NCBI GenBank assembly: GCA_051313645.2
Contig: JBNRSN020000118.1
Coordinates: 1,054,001-1,118,000, forward strand
Direction: 5' to 3'
Source of the DNA: Centroscyllium fabricii
Lineage: Eukaryota
Length of the DNA stretch: 64,000 bases
Shown: piece by piece, positions 1-12,129 of the stretch
How positions within the stretch are numbered: position 1 is the stretch's first letter
Layout: each line of letters opens with the position of its first letter
The notes under the pieces: model-generated
The model's database searches: none
Told to the model about the DNA's origin: nothing
What the model saw: only the letters and a program-made list of their open reading frames with translations
Made by a program: the position numbers and the translations under genes

Positions 1-3000
1 CATCTTGTTGTTGTGCACACTGTACAGATGTTGATCATGTTTTAGTGCACACTGTGCGGATGTTCATCGTGTTGTGTTGCACACTGTACAGATGTTCATC
101 ATGTTGTGGTGCACATTGTACAGATGTTCATCATGTTGTGGTGCACACTGTACAGATGTTCATCATGTTGTGGTGCACACTGTACAGATGTTCATCATGT
201 TGTGGTGCACAATGTACAGATGTTCATCTTGTGGTGCACACTGTACAGATGTTCATCATGTTGTGGTGCACACTGTACAGATGTTCATCATGTTGTGGTG
301 CACACTGTACAGATGTTCAACATGTGGTGGGGCACACTGTACCGATGTTCATCATGTTGTGGTGCACACTGTACAGATGTTCATCATGTTGTGGTGCACA
401 ATGTACAGATGTTCATCTTGTTGTGGTGCACACTGTACAGATGTTCATCATGTTGTGGTGCACATTGTACTGATGTTCATCATGTTGAGGTGCACACTGT
501 ACTGATGTTCATCATGTTGTGGTGCACACTGTACAGATGTTCATCATGTTGTGGTGCACACTGTACAGATGTTCATCTTGTTGTGGTGCACACTGTACAG
601 ATGTTCATCATGTTGTGGTGCACACTGTACAGATGTTCATCATGTTGTGGTGCACAATGTACAGAAGTTCATCATGTTGTGGTGCACACTGTACAGATGT
701 TCATCTTATTGTGTAGCACACTGTACAGATGTTCATCTTGTTGTGGTGCACACTGTACAGATGTTCATCATGTTGTGGTGCACACTGTACAGATGTTCAT
801 CTTGTTTTGGTGCACACTGTACAGATGTTCATCTTGTTGTGGTGCACACTGTACAGATGTTCATCATATTGTGGTGCACACTGTACAGATGTTCATCTTG
901 TTGTGGTGCACACTGTACAGATGTTCATCATGTTGTGGTGTACACTGTACAGATGTTCATCATGTTGTGATGCACACTGTACAGATGTTCACCTTTTTTG
1001 GTGCACACTGTACAGATGCTCATCTTGTTGTGGTGCAAACTGTACAGATGTTGATCATGTTGTGGTACACACTGTACAGATGTTCATCATGTTGTGGTGC
1101 ACACTGCACAGATGTTCATCTTGTTGTGGTTCACACTGTACAGATGTTCATCATGTTGTTGTGCACACTGTACAGATGTTCATCTTGTTGTGGTGCACAC
1201 TGTACAGATGTACATCTTGTTGTGGTGCACACTGTACAGATGTTCATCATGTTGAGGTGTACACTACACAGATGTTCATCATGTTTTGGTGCACACTGTG
1301 CAGATGTACATCTAGTTGTGGTGCACACTGTACAGATGTTCATCATGTTGTGGTGCACACTGTACAGATGTTCATCATGTTGTGGTGCACACTGTACAGA
1401 TGTTCATCATGTTGTGGTGCACACTGTACAGATGTTCACCTTCTTGTGGTGTACAAAGTACAGATGTTCATCATGTTGTGGTGCACACTGTACAGATGTT
1501 CCTCATGTTGTGGTGCACACTGTATAGATGTTCATCATGTTGTGGTGCACACTGTACAGATGTTCATCTTGTTGTGGTGCACACTGTACAGATGTTCATC
1601 ATGTTGTGGTGCACAATGTACACATGTTCATCATGTTGTGGTGCACAATGTACAGATGTTCATCTTGTTGTGTTGCACACTGTACAGATGTTCATCTTGT
1701 TGTGTTGCACACTGTACAGATGTTCATCTTGTTGTGGTGCACACTGTACAGATGTTCATCATGTTGTGGTGCACAATGTACAGATGTTCATCTTGTTGTC
1801 GTGCACATTGTACAGATGTTCAGCATGTTGTGGTGCACACTGTACATATCTTCATCTTGCTATGGTGCACACTGTACAGATGTTCATCATGTTGTAGTGC
1901 ACACTGTGCAGATGTTCATCTTGTTGTGGTGCACAATGTACAGATGTTCATCATGTTGTGGTGCACATTGTACAGATGTTCATCATGTTGTGGTGCACAC
2001 TGTACAGATGTTCATCATGTTGTGGTGCACACTGTACAGATGTTCATCATGTTGTGGTGCACAATGTACAGATGTTCATCATGTTCTGGTGCACACTGTG
2101 CAGATGTTCATCATGTTGTGGTGCACACTGTTCAGATGTTCATCATGTTGTGGATCACACTGTACAGATGTTCATCATGTTGTGGTGCACACTGTACAGA
2201 TGTTCATCTTGTTGTGGTGCACACTGTACTGATGTTCGTCTTGTGGTGTAGCACACTGTAGAGATGTTCATCTTGTTGTGGTGCATACTGTACAGATGTT
2301 CATCATGTTGTGGTGCACATTGTACAGATGTTCATCTTGTTGTGGTGCACATTGTGCAGATGTTCACCATGTTATGGTGCACACTGTACAGATGTTCATC
2401 TTGTTGTGGTGCACACTGTACAGATGTTCATCATGTTGTAGTGCACACTGTGCAGATGTTCATCTTGTTGTGGTGCACACTGTACAGATGTTCATCTTGT
2501 TGTGGTGCACATTGTACAGATGTTCATCATGTTGTGGTGCATACTGTACAGATGTACATCTTGTTTTGGTGCACACTGTACAGATGTTCATGTTGTGGTG
2601 CACACTTTACAGATGTTCATCATGTTGTGGTGCACACTGTACAGATGTTCATCTTGTTGTGGTGCACACTGTACAGATGTTCATCATGTTGTGGTGCACA
2701 CTGTGCAGATGTCCATCATGATGTGGTTCACACTGTACAGATGTTCATCTTTTGTGGTGCACACTGTACAGATGCTCATCTTGTTGTGGTGCAAACTGTA
2801 CAGATGTTCATCATGTTGTGGTACACACTGTACAGATGTTCATCATGTTGTGGTGCACACTGTACAGATGTTCATCTTGTGGTGCACATTATACAGATGT
2901 TCATCATGCTGTAGTGCACACTGTACAGATGTTCAACGTGTTGTGGTGCACACTGTACAGATGTTCATCTTGTTGTGGTGCACACTGTACAGATGTTCAT

Positions 3001-6000
3001 CATGTTGTGGTGCACGCTGTACAGATGCTCATCTCGTTGTGGTTCAACCTGTACAGATGTTCATCATGTTGTGGTACACACTGTACAGATGTTCATCATG
3101 TTGTGGTGCACACTGTACAGATGTTCATCTTGTGGTGCACATTATACAGATGTTCATCATGCTGTAGTGCACACTGTACAGATGTTCAACGTGTTGTGGT
3201 GCACACTGTACAGATGTTCATCTTTTTGTGGTGCACACTGTACAGATGTTCATCATGTTGTGGTGCACACTGTACAGATGCTCATCTTGTTGTGGTGCAC
3301 ACTGTACAGATGTTCATCTTGTTGTGGTGCACACTGTACAGATGTTCATCATGTTGTAGTGCACACTGTACAGATGTTCATCTTGTTGTGGTGCACACTG
3401 TACAGATTTTCATCTTGTTGAGGTGCACACTACACAGATGTTCATCATGTTGTGGTGCACACTGTACAGATGTACATCTTGTTGTGGTGCACACTGTACA
3501 GATGTTCATCATGTTGTGGTGCACACTGTACAGATGTTCATCATGTTGTGGTGCACACTGTACAGATGTTTATCATGTTGTGTTGCACACTGTACAGATG
3601 TTCACCTTCTTGTGGTGTACACAGTACAGATGCTCATCATGTTGTGGTGCACACTGTACAGATGTTCCTCATGTTGTGGTGCACACTGTACAGATGTTCA
3701 TCATGTTGTGGTGCACACTGTACAGATGTTCATCTTGTTGTGGTGCACACTGTACAGATGTTCATCATGATGTGGAGCACACTGTACAGATGTTCATCAT
3801 GTTGTGGTGCACAATGTACACATGTTCATCATGTTGTGGTGCACACTGTACAGATGTTCATCTTGTTGCGTTGCACACTGTACAGATGTTCATCTTGTTG
3901 TGGTGCACACTGTACAGATGTTCAACATGTTGTGGTGCTCATTTTACAGATGGTCATCTTGTTGTGGTGCACATTGTACAGATGTTCAGCATGTTGTGGT
4001 GCACACTGTACATATGTTCATCATGTTGTTGTGCACACTGTACAGATGTTCATCATGTTTATGTGCACACTGTGCGGATGTTCATCGTGTTGTGGTGCAC
4101 ACTGTACAGATGTTCATCATGTTGTGGTGCACATTGTACAGATGTTCATCATGTTGTGGTGCACACTGTACAGATGTTCATCATGTTGTGGTGCACACTG
4201 TACAGATGTTCATCATGTTGTGGTGCACAATGTACAGATGTTCATCTTGTGGTGCACACTGTACAGATGTTCATCATGTTGTGGTGCACACTGTACAGAT
4301 GTTCATCATGTTGTGGTGCACACTGTACAGATGTTCAACATGTGGTGGGGCACACTGTACCGATGTTCATCATGTTGTGGTGCACACTGTACAGATGTTC
4401 ATCATGTTGTGGTGCACAATGTACAGATGTTCATCTTGATGTGGTGCACACTGTACAGATGTTCATCATGTTGTGGTGCACATTGTACAGATGTTCATCA
4501 TGTTGTGGTGCACACTGTACAGATGTTCATCATGTTGTGGTGCACACTGTACAGATGTTCATCATGTTATGGTGCACACTGTACAGATGTTCATCTTGTT
4601 GTGGTGCACACTGTACAGATGTTCATCATGTTGTGGTGCACACTGTACAGATGTTCATCATGTTGTGGTGCACACTGTACAGATGTTCATCATGTTGTGG
4701 TGCACACTGTACAGATATTCATCATGTTGTGGTGCACACTGTACAAATGTTCATCTTATTGTGTAGCACACTGTACAGATGTTCATCTTGTTGTGGTGCA
4801 CACTGTACAGATGTTCATCATGTTGTGGTGCACACTGTACAGATGTTCATCTTGTTGTGGTGCACACTGTACAGATGTTCATCTTGTTGTGGTGCACACT
4901 GTACGGATATTCATCATATTGTGGTGCACACTGTACAGATGTTCATCTTGTTGTGGAGCACACTGTACAGATGTTCATCATGTTGTGGTGCACACTGTAC
5001 AGATGTTCATCATGTTGTGATGCACACTGTACAGATGTTCACCTTTTTTGGTGCACACTGTACAGATGCTCATCTTGTTGTGGTGCAAACTGTACAGATG
5101 TTGATCATGTTGTGGTACACACTGTACAGATGTTCATCATGTTGTGGTGCACACTGCACAGATGTTCATCTTGTTGTTGTTCACACTGTACAGATGTTCA
5201 TCATGTTGTAGTGCACACTGTACAGATGTTCATCTTGTTGTGGTGCACACTGTACAGATGTTCATCTTGTTGTGGTGCACACTGTACAGATGTTCATCAT
5301 GTTGTGGTGCACACTGTACAGATGTACATCTTGTTGTGGTGCACACTTTACAGATGTTCATCATGTTGTGGTGCACACTGTACAGATGTTCATCATGTTG
5401 TGGTGCACACTGTACAGATGTTCATCTTGTTGTGGTGCACACTGTACAGATGTTAATCATGTTGTAGTGCACACTGTACAGAGGTTCATCTTGTTCTGGT
5501 GCACACTGTACAGATGTTCATCTTGTTGAGGTGTACACTACACAGATGTTCATCATGTTGTGGTGCACACTGTGCAGATGTACATCTTGTTGTGGTGCAC
5601 ACTTTACAGATGTTCATCATGTTGTGGTGCACACTGTACAGATGTTCATCATGTTGTGGTGCACACTGTACAGATGTTCATCATGTTGTGGTGCACACTG
5701 TACAGATGTTCACCTTCTTGTGGTATACACAGTACAGATGTTCATCATGGTGTGGTGCACACTGTACAGATGTTACTCATGTTGTGGTGCACACTGTATA
5801 GATGTTCATCATGTTGTGGTGCACACTGTACAGATGTTAATCTTGTTGTAGTGCACACTGTACAGATGCTCATCATGTTGTGGAGCACACTGTATAGATG
5901 TTCATCATGTTGTGGTGCACAATGTACACATGTTCATCATGTTGTGGTGCACACTGTACAGATGTACATCTTGTTGTGTTGCACACTGTACAGATGTTCA

Positions 6001-9000
6001 TCTTGTTGTGGTGCACACTGTACAGATGTTCATCATGTTGTGGTGCACATTTTATAGATGTTCATCTTGTTGTCGTACACATTGTACAGATGTTCAGCAT
6101 GTTGTGGTGCACACTGTACATATGTTCATCTTGCTATGGTGCACACTGTACAGATGTTCATCATGTTGTAGTGCACACTGTGCAGATGTTCATCTTGTTG
6201 TGGTGCACAATGTACAGATGTTCATCATGTTGTGGTGCACATTGTACAGATGTTCATCATGTTGTGGTGCACACTGTACAGATGTTCATCATGTTGTGGT
6301 GCACACTGTACAGATGTTCATCATGTTGTGGTGCACAATGTACAGATGTTCATCATGTTCTGGTGCACACTGTGCAGATGTTCATGATGTTGTGGTGCAC
6401 ACTGTTCAGATGTTCATCATGTTGTGGATCACACTGTACAGATGTTCATCATGTTGTGGTGCACAATGTACAGATGTTAATCATGTTGTGGTGCACACTG
6501 TACAGATGTTCATCTTGTTGTGGTGCACACTGTACTGATGTTCGTCTTGTGGTGTTGCACACTGTAGAGATGTTCATCTTGTTGTGGTGCATACTGTACA
6601 GATGTTCATCATGTTGTGGTGCACATTGTACAGATGTTCATCTTGTTGTGGTGCACATTGTGCAGATGTTCACCATGTTATGGTGCACACTGTACAGATG
6701 TTCATCTTGTTGTGGTGCACACTGTACAGATGTTCATCATGTTGTAGTGCGCACTGTGCAGATGTTCATCTTGTTGTGGTGCACACTGTACAGATGTTCA
6801 TCTTGTTGTGGTGCACATTGTACAGATGTTCATCATGTTGTGGTGCATACTGTACAGATGTACATCTTGATTTGGTGCACACTGTACAGATGTTCATCAT
6901 GTTGTGGTGCACACTTTACAGATGTTCATCATGTTGTGGTGCACACTGTACAGATGTTCATCTTGTTGTGGTGCACACTGTACAGATGTTCATCATGTTG
7001 TGGTGCACACTGTGCAGATGTCCATCATGATGTGGTGCACACTGTACAGATGTTCACATTTTGTGGTGCACACTGTACAGATGCTCATCTTGTTGTGGTG
7101 CAAACTGTACAGATGTTCATCATGTTGTGGTACACACTGTACAGATGTTCATCATGTTGTGGTGCACACTGTACAGATGTTCATCTTGTGGTGCACATTA
7201 TACAGATGTTCATCATGTTGTAGTGCACACTGTACAGATGTTCAACGTGTTGTGGTGCACACTGTTCAGATGTTCATCATGTTGTGGATCACACTGTACA
7301 GATGTTCATCTTGCTATGGTGCACACTGTACAGATGTTCATCATGTTGTAGTGCACACTGTGCAGATGTTCATCTTGTTGTGGTGCACAATGTACAGATG
7401 TTCATCATGTTGTGGTGCACATTGTACAGATGTTCATCATGTTGTGGTGCACACTGTACAGATGTTCATCATGTTGTGGTGCACACTGTACAGATGTTCA
7501 TCATGTTGTGGTGCACAATGTACAGATGTTCATCATGTTCTGGTGCACACTGTGCAGATGTTCATCATGTTGTGGTGCACACTGTTCAGATGTTCATCAT
7601 GTTGTGGATCACACTGTACAGATGTTCATCATGTTGTGGTGCACAATGTACAGATGTTAATCATGTTGTGGTGCACACTGTACAGATGTTCATCTTGTTG
7701 TGGTGCACACTGTACAGATGTTCATCATGTTGTGGTGCACACTGTACAGATGCTCATCTTGTTGTGGTTCAACCTGTACAGATGTTCATCATGTTGTGGT
7801 ACACACTGTACAGATGTTCATCATGTTGTGGTGCACACTGTACAGATGTTCATCTTGTTGTGGTTCACACTGTACAGATGTTCATCATGTTGTAGTGCAC
7901 ACTGTACAGATGTTCATCTTGTTGTGGTGCACACTGTACAGATTTTCATCTTGTTGAGGTGCACACTACACAGATGTTCATCATGTTGTGGTGCACACTG
8001 TACAGATGTACATCTTGTTGTGGTGCACACTGTACAGATGTTCATCATGTTGTGGTGCACACTGTACAGATGTTCATCATGTTGTGGTGCACACTTTACA
8101 GATGTTCATCATGTTGTGGTGCACACTGTACAGATGTTCACCTTCTTGTGGTGTACACAGTACAGATGCTCATCATGTTGTGGTGCACACTGTACAGATG
8201 TTCCTCATGTTGTGGTGCACACTGTTCAGATGTTCATCATGTTGTGGTGCACACTGTACAGATGTTCATCTTGTTGTGGTGCACACTGTACAGATGTTCA
8301 TCATGATGTGGAGCACACTGTACAGATGTTCATCATGTTGTGGTGCACAATGTACACATGTTCATCATGTTGTGGTGCACACTGTACAGATGTTCATCTT
8401 GTTGCGTTGCACACTGTACAGATGTTCATCTTGTTGTGGTGCACACTGTACAGATGTTCAACATGTTGTGGTGCTCATTTTACAGATGGTCATCTTGTTG
8501 TGGTGCACATTGTACAGATGTTCAGCATGTTGTGGTGCACACTGTACATATGTTCATCATGTTGTTGTGCACACTGTACAGATGTTCATCATGTTTAAGT
8601 GCACACTGTGCGGATGTTCATCGTGTTGTGGTGCACACTGTACAGATGTTCATCATGTTGTGGTGCACATTGTACAGATGTTCATCATGTTGTTGTGCAC
8701 ACTGTACAGATGTTCATCATGTTGTGGTGCACACTGTACAGATGTTCATCATGTTGTGGTGCACAATGTACAGATGTTCATCTTGTGGTGCACACTGTAC
8801 AGATGTTCATCATGTTGTGGTGCACACTGTACAGATGTTCATCATGTTGTGGTGCACACTGTACAGATGTTCAACATGTGGTGGGGCACACTGTACCGAT
8901 GTTCATCATGTTGTGGTGCACACTGTACAGATGTTCATCATGTTGTGGTGCACAATGTACAGATGTTCATCTTGATGTGGTGCACACTGTACAGATGTTC

Positions 9001-11770
9001 ATCATGTTGTGGTGCACATTGTACAGATGTTCATCATGTTGTGGTGCACACTGTACAGATGTTCATCATGTTGTGGTGCACACTGTACAGATGTTCATCA
9101 TGTTATGGTGCACACTGTACAGATGTTCATCTTGTTGTGGTGCACACTGTACAGATGTTCATCATGTTGTGGTGCACACTGTACAGATGTTCATCATGTT
9201 GTGGTGCACACTGTACAGATGTTCATCATGTTGTGGTGCACACTGTACAGATATTCATCATGATGTGGTGCACACTGTACAAATGTTCACCTTATTGTGT
9301 AGCACACTGTACAGATGTTCATCTTGTTGTGGTGCACACTGTACAGATGTTCATCATGTTGTGGTGCACACTGTACAGATGTTCATCTTGTTGTGGTGCA
9401 CACTGTACAGATGTTCATCTTGTTGTGGTGCACACTGTACAGATATTCATCATATTGTGGTGCACACTGTACAGATGTTCATCTTGTTGTGGAGCACACT
9501 GTACAGATGTTCATCATGTTGTGGTGCACACTGTACAGATGTTCATCATGTTGTGATGCACACTGTACAGATGTTCAACTTTTTTGGTGCACACTGTACA
9601 GATGCTCATCTTGTTGTGCTGCAAACTGTACAGATGTTGATCATGTTGTGGTACACACTGTACAGATGTTCATCATGTTGTGGTGCACACTGCACAGATG
9701 TTCATCTTGTTGTTGTTCACACTGTACAGATGTTCATCATGTTGTAGTACACACTGTACAGATGTTCATCTTGTTGTGGTGCACACTGTACAGATGTTCA
9801 TCTTGTTGTGGTGCACACTGTACAGATGTTCATCATGTTGTGGTGCACACTGTACAGATGTACATCTTGTTGTGGTGCACACTTTACAGATGTTCATCAT
9901 GTTGTGGTGCACACTGTACAGATGTTCATCATGTTGTGGTGCACACTGTACAGATGTTCATCTTGTTGTGGTGCACACTGTACAGATGTTAATCATGTTG
10001 TAGTGCACACTGTACAGAGGTTCATCTTGTTGTGGTGCACACTGTACAGATGTTCATCTTGTTGAGGTGTACACTACACAGATGTTCATCATGTTGTAGT
10101 GCACACTGTGCAGATGTACATCTTGTTGTGGTGCACACTGTACAGATGTTCATCATGTTGTGGTGCACACTGTACAGATGTTCATCATGTTGTGGTGCAC
10201 AATGTACAGATGTTCATCATGTTGTGGTGCACACTGTACAGATGTTCACCTTCTTGTGGTATACACAGTACAGATGTTCATCATGGTATGGTGCACACTG
10301 TACAGATGTTACTCATGTTGTGGTGCACACTGTATAGATGTTCATCATGTTGTGGTGCACACTGTACAGATGTTAATCTTGTTGTGGTGCACACTGTACA
10401 GATGCTCATCATGTTGTGGAGCACACTGTACAGATGTTCATCATGTTGTGGTGCACAATGTACACATGTTCATCATGTTGTGGTGCACACTGTACAGATG
10501 TTCATCTTGTTGTGTTGCACACTGTACAGATGTTCATCTTGTTGTGGTGCACACTGTACAGATGTTCATCATGTTGTGGTGCACATTTTACAGATGTTCA
10601 TCTTGTTGTCGTACATATTGTACAGATGTTCAGCATGTTGTGGTGCACACTGTACATATGTACATCTTGCTATGGTGCACACTGTACAGATGTTCATCAT
10701 GTTGTAGTGCACACTGTGCAGATGTTCATCTTGTTCTGGTGCACAATGTACGATGTTCATCATGTTGTGGTGCACATTGTACAGATGTTCATCATGTTGT
10801 GGTGCACACTGTACAGATGTTCATCATGTTGTGGTGCACACTGTACAGATGTTCATCATGTTGTGGTGCACAATGTACAGATGTTCATCATGTTGTGGTG
10901 CACACTGTGCAGATGTTCATCATGTTGTGGTGCACACTGTTCAGATGTTCATCATGTTGTGGATCACACTGTACAGATGTTTATCATGTTGTGGTGCACA
11001 ATGTACAGATGTTACTCATGTTGTGGTGCACACTGTACAGATGTTCATCTTGTTGTGGTGCACACTGTACTGATGTTCGCCTTGTGGTGTTGCACACTGT
11101 ACAGATGTTCATCTTGTTGTGGTGCACACTTTACAGATGTTCATCATGTTGTGGTGCACATTGTACAGATGTTCATCTTGTTGTGGTGCACATTGTGCAG
11201 ATGTTCACCATGTTATGGTGCACACTGTACAGATGTTCATCTTGTTGTGGTGCACACTGTACAGATGTTCATCATGTTGTAGTGCACACTGTGCAGATGT
11301 TCATCTTGTTGTGGTGCACACTGTACAGATGTTCATCTTGTTGTGGTGCACATTGTACAGATGTTCATCATGTTGTGGTGCATACTGTACAGATGTACAT
11401 CTTGTTTTGGTGCACACTGTACAGATGTTCATCATGTTGTGGTGCACACTTTACAGATGTTCATCATGTTGTGGTGCACACTGTACAGATGTTCATCTTG
11501 TTGTGGTGCACACTGTACAGATGTTCATCATGTTGTGGTGCACACTGTGCAGATGTCCATCATGATGTGGTGCACACTGTACAGATGTTCACCTTTTGTG
11601 GTGCACACTGTACAGATGCTCATTTGGTGTGGTGCAAACTGTACAGATGTTCATCATGTTGTGGTACACACTGTACAGATGTTCATCATGTTGTGGTGCA
11701 CACTGTACAGATGTTCATCTTGTGGTGCGCACTGTACAGATGTTCATCATGTTGTAGTGCACACTGTACA
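1..11770. repeat. Higher-order repeat domain A: three related copies of a 4.0-4.5 kb unit (about 3340-7230 vs about 7880-11770, offset 4536/4535; partial copy at 1-2950)
   Basis: Rare variants recur at a fixed offset: GATTTTCATCTTGTTGAGGTGCACACTACAC near 3405 and 7941; GTGCACACTGTGCGGATGTTCATCGTG at 45, 4063 and 8599. ORF pairs 3423/7959, 3452/7988, 3804/8340, 4779/9315 and 5272/9808 all differ by 4536; 6584/11119 differ by 4535. Confidence 0.9.
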
Positions 11771-12129
11771 GATGTTCATCTTGTTGTGGTGCACACTGTA
11801 CAGATGTTCATCATGTTGTGGTGCACACTGTACAGATGTTCATCATGTTGTGGTGCACATTGTACAGATGTACATCTTGTTGTCGTGCACACTGTACAGA
11901 TATTCATCATGCTGTGGTGCACACTGCACATATGTTCATCATGTTGTGGTGCACACTGTACAGATGTTCAACATGTGGTGGTGCACACTGTACAGATGTT
12001 CATCATGTTGTGGTGCACACTGTACAGATGTTCATCATGTTGTGTTGCACAATGTACAGATGTTCATCTTGTTGTGGTGCACAATGTACAGATGTTCATC
12101 ATGTTGTGGTGCACATTGTACAGATGTTC

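Noticed and set aside
106-137. Steroid hormone response element (GNACAnnnTGTNC) or p53 half-site (RRRCWWGYYY)
   Set aside because: GTACA-GA-TGTTC has a 2-bp spacer rather than 3, and the CATG core lacks the purine/pyrimidine flanks.
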